This document shows, in pieces, positions 10,025 through 20,423 of a stretch of 64,000 bases of DNA (position 1 is its first letter; every line of letters begins with the position of its first letter). Source of the stretch: a virus; IMG/VR virus record IMGVR_UViG_3300006752_006525, positions 1 through 64,000 of that record. The stretch is one strand, 5' to 3'. The notes below the pieces were generated by a model. The model saw only the letters and a list, made by a program, of their open reading frames with translations. It was not told the DNA's origin and made no database searches. Position numbers and translations under genes: made by a program.

Positions 10025-11067
10025 TGTTAAATGAATCCAGACGTGTATTCGATACAGTTGTTACAGAAGCGTCTGTAAAAGATAACGCTCACAAAGGCAC
10101 ACTTGAACTATCTATATACGGTGATAGTTTTGCTGATCCTACTAACACAGAAATGTGTGACCCAGACCATTTAGATGCTCAGCCGTGGCCTAGTTTATTA
10201 GCAGAATACTTTTTAGGAATGGCAGGTGCTGATCTGTCTGAAGAAGATTATGAAGACACTCTCAGAGGACATTCGTACAAAGGGCCTGTTGAAATAAAAG
10301 GTCGAGGTGGCACCAACCTATGGTGGTCACTTAATAACCTAATTGCTGACATCAACGAAACTGACGAAATTAAAAATGTAGTTTTTGTACACACAAATCC
10401 ACAACGTATTATTTCCCTGCTAGAACCAAATGAAACTAGGTCTTTCCTGTCACCGCAATTTGCACATATAGAAGACGAATTACAGGGTGAAGACAATATT
10501 CAAAATTATATAAATCTATTTTTCAAGTACAGCCACGATGTAATGTTAAATGACATGTTTGGACAAATGGTTTTTGATACTGTACAAAACTTGTCAAAAC
10601 AACACAACTTCAATTTAATTAATGTTATGCCATTTAGAAACTCTGGCCCTAGTATACCTTTCATGCCTGATGTTCCAGTAGTGGACGTAGAAAACAGAGC
10701 AGGACCAGTGATATCAGGATTGCAAAATATATGTTTTGGTGAAACTGGAACACCAAGTCGGTACATGAATAATGGTGACTTCCATGACTGTTGGCTACCA
10801 CCGCATAACGATGCTGATACAAAATGGGAGTTCCATGGCAGAGACTTGCGTTTGTGTCATATGAATATTGATAACAATAATCTGTTAGCACAGACAATAC
10901 TAGATCTTTTCAATCAAATGAAAGATGTTGATGTTGATCATGGCGGTAGTCCTATCATTGATTTATATCATCAGGGCAAATGGGTTAGCACCAAAGAAAA
11001 ATGGAATTACTATAATTCCGCAGAATGGATTGATAGTGTTTATGACTATGAGGGCAATAAACAATGA
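10024..11067 (+). CDS. SGNH/GDSL-like protein
   Basis: IYGDSFAD block I motif; distal H..N motif. Confidence 0.45.
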   Translation: MLNESRRVFDTVVTEASVKDNAHKGTLELSIYGDSFADPTNTEMCDPDHLDAQPWPSLLAEYFLGMAGADLSEEDYEDTLRGHSYKGPVEIKGRGGTNLWWSLNNLIADINETDEIKNVVFVHTNPQRIISLLEPNETRSFLSPQFAHIEDELQGEDNIQNYINLFFKYSHDVMLNDMFGQMVFDTVQNLSKQHNFNLINVMPFRNSGPSIPFMPDVPVVDVENRAGPVISGLQNICFGETGTPSRYMNNGDFHDCWLPPHNDADTKWEFHGRDLRLCHMNIDNNNLLAQTILDLFNQMKDVDVDHGGSPIIDLYHQGKWVSTKEKWNYYNSAEWIDSVYDYEGNKQ

Positions 11068-12182
11068 GAATTGAACGTGACGTAAAATTAGATTATGCTG
11101 ATGTACTGTTTAGACCTAAAAGAAGTGAAATAGGCAGTCGCAAGGACGTTGACTTAAACAGAGAATATAATTTTAGGAATAGCGGCAAAACGTACAGAGG
11201 TATTCCTATCATGGCCGCTAACATGGATGGTGTTGGTACATTTGATATGGCATTACCATTGGCTAAAAAAGGAATGTTTACCTGTTTAGCAAAAAGTTAT
11301 CAACCTGCAGAAATTTGGGATTGGTTAAATAATCATACTAACAAAGATGATTTGCGTCAAACAGTTGCAGTCAGCACAGGCATCACAGACATTGATCTCG
11401 AACGCATTGATAAAACATTATCACTCAGCAGATCTATTGACTATGTGTGTATTGATGTTGCTAATGGCTATTCAGAAAGATTTATAGATTTTGTTAAACG
11501 TTTTAGAGACAATCATCCTAATGTAACTATCATTGCAGGCAATGTTGTTACTCCGGATATCACAGAGGAGTTAATATTAAATGGAGCGGATATCGTTAAA
11601 GTGGGCATTGGCCCTGGTAGTGTTTGCACTACTCGGATTAAAACTGGTGTGGGCTATCCACAATTATCAGCAGTCATTGAATGTGCAGATGCCGCTCATG
11701 GTCTTGGCGGACACATCATCGCTGATGGCGGATGCAGTTCACCAGGTGACGTAGCAAAAGCATTTGGTGCTGGAGCAGACTTTGTGATGCTGGGCGGTAT
11801 GTTGTCAGGCACAGACGAAGGCGGTGGCGAAGTAATTACAAAAACTTTTATTACTGATGAACAAGCACCTAGCACAAGTGCAGGAGTAGGTAAAAAAGTT
11901 GAGAAACAATTTGTACAATTTTATGGTATGAGCAGTACCGCGGCACAGGAGAAACATGGTGGAACAAAAGAGTATAGAGCAAGTGAAGGCCGGGTGGTTC
12001 GTGTACCTTACAAAGGTCCTGTCGAATCCGTTATTGGAGACATTCTTGGCGGTCTCCGCAGTACTTGTACTTATGTTGGTGCAAAGAGTTTGAAAGAACT
12101 CAGCAAACGCACTACTTTTGTGCAAGTTAACAATGGCAAACAATTCAACACCACTTACGAACCATTTACTGTTGGTGAATAA
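11064..12182 (+). CDS. guaC: GMP reductase
   Basis: [51 protein letters not shown]. Confidence 0.95.
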   Translation: MRIERDVKLDYADVLFRPKRSEIGSRKDVDLNREYNFRNSGKTYRGIPIMAANMDGVGTFDMALPLAKKGMFTCLAKSYQPAEIWDWLNNHTNKDDLRQTVAVSTGITDIDLERIDKTLSLSRSIDYVCIDVANGYSERFIDFVKRFRDNHPNVTIIAGNVVTPDITEELILNGADIVKVGIGPGSVCTTRIKTGVGYPQLSAVIECADAAHGLGGHIIADGGCSSPGDVAKAFGAGADFVMLGGMLSGTDEGGGEVITKTFITDEQAPSTSAGVGKKVEKQFVQFYGMSSTAAQEKHGGTKEYRASEGRVVRVPYKGPVESVIGDILGGLRSTCTYVGAKSLKELSKRTTFVQVNNGKQFNTTYEPFTVGE

Positions 12183-12210
12183 TAGGTGTTTTAATAAATA
12201 AAATTAAATT

Positions 12211-13155
12211 ATGAGCATACAAGAAAATATTCAAAGGTACAACAGAGATCCTTCTCTGTCACCTTGGTTTCAAGAGAGACTCACAGATCTTATTTCTTAT
12301 GGAGTCTATCACAATAATATAGCAGATTTAAGTAGATCTGTTGTCAGCGAATTAGCAAAGTACAAAATCCAACATGGTATAGATAATATTGTACTTGGCA
12401 TGAGTGGCGGCATAGACAGTGCTGTTACTGCCGCACTATTCAAGAATGCTGGATGGAATGTTACAGGTGTAGTAATGCCTATACATCAAAATCCAGAAGA
12501 AACTAACAGAGGCATAGAAGCATGTAATGCATTAGGTATTAGAATGCTAAAGATTGACCTTACTGATGCCTTTGACAACTTAGTAGAATTTTATCAAAAC
12601 ACAGATGTTGACTTCCACAAAGAACTTGTTGGTGTTAACATGAAAGAACAAAATATTAGAAAGGGTAACATTCGAGCCAGACTTAGAATGATTACACTTT
12701 ATAATCTAGCAAGTAAACTAGGAGGTTGTGTGGCAAGTACAGATAACTTCTCAGAACTTGCGGCAGGGTTTTGGACATTGCATGGTGATGTTGGTGACGT
12801 CTCACCTATCCAAGCAATGACCAAGAGCTGGGAGATACCTGCGTTAGCAGAATATCTCGGAGTACCACAAAGCATTGTGGAGGCAAAACCTACAGACGGT
12901 TTAGGCATTGCCGACGGTGACGAGGACCAATTTGGTTTTAGTTACTTGGAGTTCGATATCGCTCTATTCTCTCTTATGAGGGGTGGAGTCGATATGGAAT
13001 CACTTAACGAGCAAGATAAAGCGATTGTTCAGGCTGTCGCTGACAGAGTGAGGAGTACTACTTACAAACGAGCAAATCCTTTCAATCTTGTACACCCGTT
13101 CGATAGTTCACGTTATGAGGACTTAGAACAATTAGATATATATCTTAGGAGTTGA
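12211..13155 (+). CDS. nadE: NH3-dependent NAD+ synthetase
   Basis: GMSGGIDSA PP-loop, NIRARLRM, GFWTLHGD, KPTDGL..DEDQ. Confidence 0.9.
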   Translation: MSIQENIQRYNRDPSLSPWFQERLTDLISYGVYHNNIADLSRSVVSELAKYKIQHGIDNIVLGMSGGIDSAVTAALFKNAGWNVTGVVMPIHQNPEETNRGIEACNALGIRMLKIDLTDAFDNLVEFYQNTDVDFHKELVGVNMKEQNIRKGNIRARLRMITLYNLASKLGGCVASTDNFSELAAGFWTLHGDVGDVSPIQAMTKSWEIPALAEYLGVPQSIVEAKPTDGLGIADGDEDQFGFSYLEFDIALFSLMRGGVDMESLNEQDKAIVQAVADRVRSTTYKRANPFNLVHPFDSSRYEDLEQLDIYLRS

Positions 13156-13157
13156 TT

Positions 13158-13469
13158 ATGGAAATTGTATTCATTATTGGTCTCTTAGTATTGGGTGGTG
13201 TTGTTTACTACTTTAACAAAGACAAAGGTCTTGACGTCAACAATGACGGAAAGGTTGATGTTGCTGATGTTAAAGAAGCAGTAGAAAATGCCAAGGCAGG
13301 CGTTAAAGCAGAAGTTAAAAAACTTCCTACACTTGCTAAACTCAAAGCACAAACTAAAGCACAACTTGAGGAATTAGGTCGTGATTTTGGTGTTGAGCTA
13401 GACAAGAGAAAAAACAAAGATACAATGATTGCCGATCTTAAAAAAGGCATCAAAGATCAAAAGAAGTAA
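13158..13469 (+). CDS. Membrane-anchored protein with EF-hand-like loop and HeH/Rho-N-like tail
   Basis: N-terminal TM; DVNNDGKVD; TKAQLEELGR..GVELDKR. Confidence 0.5.
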   Translation: MEIVFIIGLLVLGGVVYYFNKDKGLDVNNDGKVDVADVKEAVENAKAGVKAEVKKLPTLAKLKAQTKAQLEELGRDFGVELDKRKNKDTMIADLKKGIKDQKK

Positions 13470-13491
13470 TTCTTTTGTTTGCAAACATAAG

Positions 13492-13516
13492 AAGCCAGCT
13501 CTATGCTGGCTTTTTA
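13492..13516 (+). terminator. Rho-independent terminator
   Basis: AAGCCAGC-TCTAT-GCTGGCTT followed by T tract. Confidence 0.8.
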
Positions 13517-13538
13517 TTCTTTAACGTAAATACACTAT

Positions 13539-15008
13539 ATGAAAGTTTTAATTCTCAGTGAAAACACAGTGGGAACTGACCTGTATACCAGTAATACATA
13601 CAGAAATATAGGAGCCACAGATGTTGCTAGAAGACTCGATAGCAGAGGAATAGAGAACACCATAATTGATTGGTTCAGTCATTGGCCCAAAGACCTATTA
13701 CTAGATTCTATAATAACTTATCTTAAGGACTCTAAAGACCCAATTATTGCATTAAGTACGCCGTTTAGTAATCATGTAACTTATTCAATTGAGAACGTTT
13801 TGTTGCAGGTTAAGCAAGAAATACCACATGTCAAAATACTCCTTGGTGGCAATAGATACTTTGAAAAAGGACTCTTAAATTTAGTTGATTATTTCTTTGT
13901 TGGTCGCAGTATGGAGATATTTGAAGCATGGTTAGATGATGAGGACATGAGCAGGTTTGCTACACCTTATCCTAATGTGTTTATAAATCGCAACGTAGAT
14001 GTCAACATTGAGAAGCCTGTGATTGGTTACTTCAGAGACTGTGACTTTATCACTAGCAAGGACATTGTGGGATTTGAATTAGGTTTAGGTTGTAAATTTA
14101 ATTGTAGTTTTTGCAGTTTTGATTTGCGTAATACAAAAAATCCATTACTGCAACAATCTGAATATATAACTCAATTCATGGAACACATGAATAACAAGTA
14201 CGGTTCAGAACATTTTTATCTTGCTGATGACACCTGTAATGATGATACCCAAAAACTTAGAACACTGTTAGAAGTAAAAAACAATTTAGACTTTGATCCA
14301 AAGTTGGCCGGGTTTTTTAGGGTTGAACTGTTTGGTATGCAAGAACAACAAGAGCTTTGGGAACAATTAAAAATATCAGGTGTTAGTTTTGGTATTGAAA
14401 CTTTAGAAAGTAGCAGTGCAAAGTTGGCAAACAAAAGTGGTAACATACACAAGACAGTTGACATTCTCAAAAAACTAAAACAATTATCTCCTGAAACACT
14501 AATAAGCAGTGGAATAATTTTAGGTCTTAGAGGAGAAAGTGAACAAAGTTTTCTCAACAATATAAAACGTATAGCGGACGAAAAATTATTAGATGCATTG
14601 TATATCAGTGTACTGGAACTTGGCAAACCCAACAGTGATGTATATGACGATAACTATGTAAGCGATATGAGTGCTAACCCTGAAAAGTATGGTTACACAA
14701 TCACTGAAGAAGAAGATTTCAGAGTCAGTAAAAAATTAATGCATTGGAAGAACGAATGGACTGATTCTAAATCTGCACTCACAATCAGAGACAAGGCAGA
14801 TGCTTACTTGAGGTCTGTTAATTTTCCAACAGGGTTGAGTTCATTTGAATACTTGAACTTTATGGCGCATGGTGTTGTGAGTAATGTTCCTGACATGGTG
14901 GCATACACACAACAAATTAAAAAGCGATCTCTGAGTGTTGCAAAAAAGATTCGCAAACAATATTTCACTCAAAAGTCAGAATGGTTCAAAAATAACCAGA
15001 AAACTTAA
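13539..15008 (+). CDS. Radical SAM protein with B12-binding-like N-terminal domain
   Basis: GCKFNCSFC (CxxxCxxC), ADDT, FGIET, IILGL.GE; GTAAATA 6 nt before ATG. Confidence 0.85.
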   Translation: MKVLILSENTVGTDLYTSNTYRNIGATDVARRLDSRGIENTIIDWFSHWPKDLLLDSIITYLKDSKDPIIALSTPFSNHVTYSIENVLLQVKQEIPHVKILLGGNRYFEKGLLNLVDYFFVGRSMEIFEAWLDDEDMSRFATPYPNVFINRNVDVNIEKPVIGYFRDCDFITSKDIVGFELGLGCKFNCSFCSFDLRNTKNPLLQQSEYITQFMEHMNNKYGSEHFYLADDTCNDDTQKLRTLLEVKNNLDFDPKLAGFFRVELFGMQEQQELWEQLKISGVSFGIETLESSSAKLANKSGNIHKTVDILKKLKQLSPETLISSGIILGLRGESEQSFLNNIKRIADEKLLDALYISVLELGKPNSDVYDDNYVSDMSANPEKYGYTITEEEDFRVSKKLMHWKNEWTDSKSALTIRDKADAYLRSVNFPTGLSSFEYLNFMAHGVVSNVPDMVAYTQQIKKRSLSVAKKIRKQYFTQKSEWFKNNQKT

Positions 15009-15035
15009 CTGATGTTTTAACTATTGATAAATAGA

Positions 15036-15217
15036 TGTTGGAAGGTAGGGCACTTCCCTTCCACAACAATGTAAATGTTGATGCCTCGGGCTATTATGCC
15101 TACACTATGTATGTGTATGAGGGTCTACAAAAGTTAAGGAACTTTTTTTACACTGAGCTGTGCTCGTAAGAGGCAGTGAACGAAGTTGCTAAATTTAATT
15201 TAGGACTGGAGAATAAC
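15036..15217 (+). ncRNA. Candidate structured leader RNA (about 180 nt) after late promoter GATAAATA
   Basis: Nested helices TGTAAA/TTTACA, CCTC/GAGG, GGC/GCC, TACAC/GTGTA, AAAGTT/AACTTT, CACTG/CAGTG with CTC-GTAA-GAG; 5' hairpin GTTGGAAGG/CCTTCCACAAC. Confidence 0.45.
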
Positions 15218-15379
15218 ATGACAACCTTGACAAAGGTTGCTCACTCAATCACCGATACCTGGAACGAGTTCAAAGACCGCGTCTGCAACGACGGACACTT
15301 TTGCGATGATATTGCAATGGGTTTTTTGAGTCTAACTACGGCATGGATGATGTGGGTGGCTATGCAACCAATTATGTAA
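15218..15379 (+). CDS. Small membrane protein, 53 aa
   Basis: GGAGA RBS; C-terminal hydrophobic helix; hairpin downstream. Confidence 0.6.
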   Translation: MTTLTKVAHSITDTWNEFKDRVCNDGHFCDDIAMGFLSLTTAWMMWVAMQPIM

Positions 15380-15440
15380 CAAAAAACACTCGTGGTTCAC
15401 TTCCGTGGGCCACAACCTAACTCAGGATATAAATATCAGT

Positions 15441-15833
15441 ATGTCATCATTAGAAGAATACAATGCTCAAGCATTGCCAATTGATAATCCAAACGATTAT
15501 GTCGCTTGGTTAAACTCCATATCAGATGGAGTACTTACTAAAGTTACAGCAAGAAATGAAGAAGACTATGTAGCAGGTTGTAGTTCACCTGTATGGATTA
15601 CAGGTGCTAAGAATGCTGATGGTACATTTAGTTTTACTTTTCTTTCCGACAGTAAGTTTGTTAATGGCATTGGTAAAATACTCACAGACGTTTACGGTAA
15701 CAAAACTAAACAAGAGATTTTACAAGTTAAATTTAGAGATTTTGACAATATAACAAGATTTTTATTGTTTGAAAGAAAACGATCATTTCAAAAATTCATC
15801 AATAAAATATACAGTATTGCACTTAGTGATTGA
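15441..15833 (+). CDS. sufE: SufE-like sulfur acceptor
   Basis: VAGCSSPVW, SDSKFVNGI motifs; TATAAATA 5 nt before ATG. Confidence 0.7.
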   Translation: MSSLEEYNAQALPIDNPNDYVAWLNSISDGVLTKVTARNEEDYVAGCSSPVWITGAKNADGTFSFTFLSDSKFVNGIGKILTDVYGNKTKQEILQVKFRDFDNITRFLLFERKRSFQKFINKIYSIALSD

Positions 15834-15884
15834 CATACTTAACAAATTGTTATACAATTAACTTTTAACAAACAGGTAATAAAA

Positions 15885-16475
15885 ATGAATTTTGTCCCAT
15901 ACGTAATTGAAAAAACAAGTGCAGGAGAGCGTAGTTACGATATCTACAGCAGACTGCTAAAAGAAAGAATTGTATTTCTCAACGGAGAAGTCAATGATGC
16001 AGTAAGTAATAGCATTTGTGCTCAGTTACTATTCCTAGAAGCAGATGATCCAGACACAGACATCAACTTCTATATCAATTCACCTGGGGGTGTTGTAACA
16101 GCAGGTATGGCAATGTATGACACAATGCAATACATCAAGCCAGAAGTATCGACTATTGTAATGGGACAAGCGGCCAGCATGGGTTCATTCCTTGCTAACG
16201 CAGGTGCACCAGGTAAACGTTTTATGTTACCAGGAGCAAGGCACATGATTCATCAACCATTAGGTGGTGCTCAAGGACAAGCAAGTGATATTGAAATACG
16301 TGCTAAAGAGATTGTGCGTATCAAACGTGAACTCACAGAAGCATACGTTAAGCACAACACTGCTGGTAAAACATACGAAGAGTTTGAATCAGCAATGGAT
16401 CGTGATAACTTTATGACTGCCCAAGAAGCATTAGACTTTGGCCTTGTAGACGAAATCATTACCAAGCGAATTTAA
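15885..16475 (+). CDS. clpP: ClpP protease subunit
   Basis: [22 protein letters not shown] (catalytic Ser), MIHQP, DRDNFM. Confidence 0.97.
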   Translation: MNFVPYVIEKTSAGERSYDIYSRLLKERIVFLNGEVNDAVSNSICAQLLFLEADDPDTDINFYINSPGGVVTAGMAMYDTMQYIKPEVSTIVMGQAASMGSFLANAGAPGKRFMLPGARHMIHQPLGGAQGQASDIEIRAKEIVRIKRELTEAYVKHNTAGKTYEEFESAMDRDNFMTAQEALDFGLVDEIITKRI

Positions 16476-16520
16476 TTCACATACTATATAAACAATGCTT
16501 TAATTGTGTTAAATAGTAGT

Positions 16521-16886
16521 ATGGAGATTAAAACATTTGATCCTAACCAGGATCTAGTAACCCTAACAGAAAGTGCCCAACAACACTTTCTTGCTCAAAC
16601 AGAAGGTGCTGATGCTATTGGCATTAAGTTAAGTTTGACTGGCGGAGGTTGTGCAGGTTTTATGTACGACTGGAAATTGATCAGCGATATATCAGACATC
16701 AACTTAACAGACTACAGCAAAGAATACAACGGTTGGACATTTTATTTAGACACGTTAAGTAAACAGTATCTAGCAGGCAGTACCATAGAATTGGTCACAG
16801 GCATTGCTGGACAACACATAGAAATCAAAGCACCATTAGCAGACAGTGCATGTGGTTGCGGGGAATCAGTAACATTTAGCATATGA
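16521..16886 (+). CDS. iscA: A-type Fe-S carrier (IscA/SufA/ErpA)
   Basis: GGGCAGF and CGCGES; TAAATA 5 nt before ATG. Confidence 0.85.
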   Translation: MEIKTFDPNQDLVTLTESAQQHFLAQTEGADAIGIKLSLTGGGCAGFMYDWKLISDISDINLTDYSKEYNGWTFYLDTLSKQYLAGSTIELVTGIAGQHIEIKAPLADSACGCGESVTFSI

Positions 16887-17728
16887 CAACAGAGTACGCA
16901 TTTTTAGAATACACATATAATCCAAGTAGGTATTCAGATGAGAGCATAGGTGAGCAGTTTGCCGCCTTGGGTTTTCGTATGCGTACATCAAGTGAAACAA
17001 ACAATGCTCAACTGTGGACCCAACGTAATTCAATTATTTTATTAAACAGAAATGACGATGCAGAAAAAGATGGCATATCAGGGATAGGATTTGTTACCCC
17101 ACTGTCATCAATAGAACACTTGCCTGTTAAGTATGATGATGACTTAGCAATGTACATTCTCGATAATGGAACACCTTTTAGAAGTCTTTTTGTTGATGAA
17201 GATGAATATGCCAAGATACGAAACATACTGCAAAGACACAAAGTATACGACTTACCTGCATATTCCAAGCCTGAGTTTCAACACATATCAGGCATAGTGT
17301 ACAATCAACATCACAGATCAGTGATGGACCATTACCAAGATATAGGATTCAAATTTACCAAGCAAGGAGAAACCTATAACACATTGGTGAGCAACAACAA
17401 TAGATTCAGCATACTGATAGACAGGACAAGTAGAAACAATAATGTTCCTGCAATGATAGTAGACACTAACGATGTGTTTGCATCTACAGCAAGTCTACTT
17501 GTTAATAACTTAGACTTAAAAGAGTACAATGCAACAGTAGATAATTTTGGTGCATTGAATTACAAAATCAATTCCTACAACTGCCTAGCATTTGGCAACG
17601 AAGAATCATATAGCATAGAAAACAAAGTAGTCCAAGCATTACCCGGATTAGATGTGATATTCAGACAGAGAAAGCAGACCATACACATACTAGAACACAA
17701 CATATTATCACACTATGAACGGATTTGA
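16883..17728 (+). CDS. VOC/glyoxalase-fold protein resembling a degenerate HPPD
   Basis: FLEY..F.ALGF....QLW.Q..IILLN resembles the HppD N-terminal domain. Confidence 0.35.
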   Translation: MTTEYAFLEYTYNPSRYSDESIGEQFAALGFRMRTSSETNNAQLWTQRNSIILLNRNDDAEKDGISGIGFVTPLSSIEHLPVKYDDDLAMYILDNGTPFRSLFVDEDEYAKIRNILQRHKVYDLPAYSKPEFQHISGIVYNQHHRSVMDHYQDIGFKFTKQGETYNTLVSNNNRFSILIDRTSRNNNVPAMIVDTNDVFASTASLLVNNLDLKEYNATVDNFGALNYKINSYNCLAFGNEESYSIENKVVQALPGLDVIFRQRKQTIHILEHNILSHYERI

Positions 17729-18047
17729 AATAGATACTCTTCCACGTAGTAATACGTATGCCAATATGTTCTCAGATGAGAAAATGTTTGAAGCATTTGG
17801 TAAACTTAATCCAACACTAACAGAACGCACTGCATACTTTGCAGAATGCTGGCTTGAATGGCGTCCAAACAGATATATGCTAATCAGAGGTAAATCAGAT
17901 AGAGAGTTACGTAAGGTACTTATTGACTACGGATTGCAAGATTTTTGGGATTTTCAATTAAAAAGCGGCCAGATTCGCTTCAGGACACCCGACTTAGCGG
18001 CGATAAGTAAGTTAAGTATTGCAAAGGATTATTTGAAAGATGTTTGA
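17715..18047 (+). CDS. Hypothetical protein
   Basis: Coupled ORF. Confidence 0.55.
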   Translation: MNGFEIDTLPRSNTYANMFSDEKMFEAFGKLNPTLTERTAYFAECWLEWRPNRYMLIRGKSDRELRKVLIDYGLQDFWDFQLKSGQIRFRTPDLAAISKLSIAKDYLKDV

Positions 18048-18354
18048 TTATTATGATTATGTTAATAAGTTATCAGAAGATAAACTTGTTACTGAAATTG
18101 ACAAAGTAACAAAACGTTTATTAGCAACATCTCCAACATCTCCTGTTGTAGGACAACTACAAGGCATGTTGGAAATGGCACAACAAGCATATCAAGATTC
18201 CCTTTTCAAAGCAAGAGTCAAAGTAGAGGACAAAGTAATTGACATTGGTGAGATGGAAAGTGTTGATTACATACCAGAAGAATACAGCAAAGATGAATTA
18301 ATGATTGAGATTGTAAGATCATACTTAGGTAAGGATGGGCCGGATGGACAATAA
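18040..18354 (+). CDS. Hypothetical protein
   Basis: Coupled ORF. Confidence 0.6.
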   Translation: MFDYYDYVNKLSEDKLVTEIDKVTKRLLATSPTSPVVGQLQGMLEMAQQAYQDSLFKARVKVEDKVIDIGEMESVDYIPEEYSKDELMIEIVRSYLGKDGPDGQ

Positions 18355-19072
18355 ATTTACACTACAAAAAACAACACCATTAAAGTTTATATTACTTGAT
18401 GATATACAAAAAGGATTTGAAATAATTGAATACAATTTTTCATTCAGTATGTACACAGGCGTGTCAGACATCAGTGAAGAAAGTGTATTGAATGCACAAA
18501 AACAACAGAACGTGAGTTTTGCAAAAGCACTTACATTCATAGAAGGTGTGTTAAACAAAAGCATAATGTACGTTATGAAGGACAATCAACTAGATGTTGA
18601 TGTAATATTCAAAGGCATAGAAAACAACTTTGTGGCATTACCTGATACATCAGAACAAACTATATGTGCAATGCTACACAGCAAGTTAAACACTATCACA
18701 GGTCCAAACACAGTAATTGAAACTGTCAAGTTAGAAGACATAAACGAAAACATGATGTATGAGTATTCACACAACAACGAAGATGCTTACATGGAATTAC
18801 CTGCTATCAACGAATGGGTAACAGACATGAGCTACTGGCAGATACCTTGGTGGTTTAGAAATGATATTAGTACGTCTGATAAGTTAGCAACCTCACATGA
18901 AGAATTAGAAGAATGGCAATCAAAATTTGATGAAGTAGAAAAGTGTAACACAGAAACATTCAAAGAAATAGAAATAGAAATTTTAGAGTCTTGGCAAAAA
19001 CTTGACAACTCCCCTCCTGGAGAACTAATTAAAGTTGACTTTGGTAAAAAGAAACCTGAAAAAAACATTTGA
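18344..19072 (+). CDS. Hypothetical protein
   Basis: Coupled ORF; PWWFR and IKVDF motifs. Confidence 0.6.
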   Translation: MDNKFTLQKTTPLKFILLDDIQKGFEIIEYNFSFSMYTGVSDISEESVLNAQKQQNVSFAKALTFIEGVLNKSIMYVMKDNQLDVDVIFKGIENNFVALPDTSEQTICAMLHSKLNTITGPNTVIETVKLEDINENMMYEYSHNNEDAYMELPAINEWVTDMSYWQIPWWFRNDISTSDKLATSHEELEEWQSKFDEVEKCNTETFKEIEIEILESWQKLDNSPPGELIKVDFGKKKPEKNI

Positions 19073-19097
19073 CAAAAAAGCATTTATAAGGTATAAT
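19069..19097 (+). promoter_or_regulatory. Consensus sigma70 promoter (leaderless)
   Basis: TTGACA-17-TATAAT, ATG 5 nt later. Confidence 0.8.
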
Positions 19098-19102
19098 ACA
19101 GT

Positions 19103-19573
19103 ATGCAAATTCTAAATGAAGAACAAGTCGGTATTGAAATGTTGTATAGAAATAAATCTATACAAGATGTTCCTTTTTTAGAAGATGTTGTAAAAAGATA
19201 TAACAGTGTTTGTGAAGAACTAAACATCATGCCAATTACTAGCGAAGGTAATTGGAGCAAAGAATTTAATATACCACAATACTACAAAGACTTAGATGTT
19301 GAGGAATATGTAAGAGGACTAATTCCTACAAGCGGAGATTCAGCCGAGGCTGTCGAAGCCAGAGTAGAAATGGAATTAGCCGAATTTAATGCCAGGAACC
19401 TATATCCTGTTCTACAACTTTTGATATATATTATAGACACAATGCGGAAAAACAACCTCATTTGGGGTGTTGGAAGAGGTAGTAGTGTTGCAAGTTATGT
19501 ACTGTTCCTATTGGGCATACATAAAGTAGACAGTATAAAGTATAACTTAGATATAAGAGAGTTTTTGAAATAA
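19103..19573 (+). CDS. Stand-alone DNA polymerase III alpha (DnaE) fragment
   Basis: RVEMEL..F..., GVGRGSSVASYVLFLLGI..VDSIKYNL..FL; stops before the catalytic PDIDxD. Confidence 0.8.
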   Translation: MQILNEEQVGIEMLYRNKSIQDVPFLEDVVKRYNSVCEELNIMPITSEGNWSKEFNIPQYYKDLDVEEYVRGLIPTSGDSAEAVEARVEMELAEFNARNLYPVLQLLIYIIDTMRKNNLIWGVGRGSSVASYVLFLLGIHKVDSIKYNLDIREFLK

Positions 19574-20097
19574 TGGTAACAAGAAAAACTAACAGAGGTG
19601 CTCCAATTGATTTTGATGCACTTATGGCAAAACAGAATCCAAGTAGTCCTGCACTAGGAAACATGGGTGTAAATGCCAAAGGCGATAGGCTTGGTCCACG
19701 TAATGAAGTGGTAGAACCTGCTGAAGCAAGAGTTCGTAGAACCTATGCAAAAACAGAAACTGTTAGTAATGATCAAGTCAGTCTCAAAGGTGAAACTAGA
19801 ACGTTAACACCTGACACTGACCCTGCAATGAATGATGTTAAGACTGCAAAGACAGCATCTGAAAATGTACGAACCTCCGCTGAACCATCAGTTACAGAAA
19901 CAGTTAAAGAAGTATTAGATGATGCTAGTGCCGGGTTTGATAACAGACAAGAACATGACACAGAATCATTTGATGATCCCACTCCACCCGAAGGTGAAAA
20001 CTTTGATGAAGTACAACCTCTAGGTTTTAAGGAAGTAGAATTACCCAATGGCGATATTGAAATGGTTCCTTATTACCGAGAGGAAGACGCACCTTGA
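19573..20097 (+). CDS. Hypothetical protein
   Basis: Coupled ORF; ALGNMGVNAKGD motif. Confidence 0.65.
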   Translation: MVTRKTNRGAPIDFDALMAKQNPSSPALGNMGVNAKGDRLGPRNEVVEPAEARVRRTYAKTETVSNDQVSLKGETRTLTPDTDPAMNDVKTAKTASENVRTSAEPSVTETVKEVLDDASAGFDNRQEHDTESFDDPTPPEGENFDEVQPLGFKEVELPNGDIEMVPYYREEDAP

Positions 20098-20423
20098 GCA
20101 AACAACTAGATTTAGATTTCAACAGTACAGTAACTATTTCAACTCCTACTAGCACATATACAATGTGTGACAGTGACTGGAATAGTGATTCTATTACTGT
20201 GACCACTGACAGCGACTATTCCACAATAAGTGGTTACGATGATCTCACAATCAACACAGGTAATTTGTTTGAGGACTTACCTGTAAAGATAGGCAAATAC
20301 GAGTTGACCGAAAAAAGTTTGGAAAAGGTATTTGCTGTCATAGATATATTTGAGAATGATGAGGACCTCAAAGATGTTCTCAAATCACAAATAGCATTGA
20401 ACCGGATAAAAAATGAAAATTAG
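20094..20423 (+). CDS. Hypothetical protein
   Basis: Coupled ORF with TTG start. Confidence 0.5.
   Translation: MSKQLDLDFNSTVTISTPTSTYTMCDSDWNSDSITVTTDSDYSTISGYDDLTINTGNLFEDLPVKIGKYELTEKSLEKVFAVIDIFENDEDLKDVLKSQIALNRIKNEN

Noticed and set aside
15036-15217. Cobalamin or SAM riboswitch assignment for the structured leader
   Set aside because: No B12-box or SAM-II/V consensus recognisable; left as an unassigned candidate
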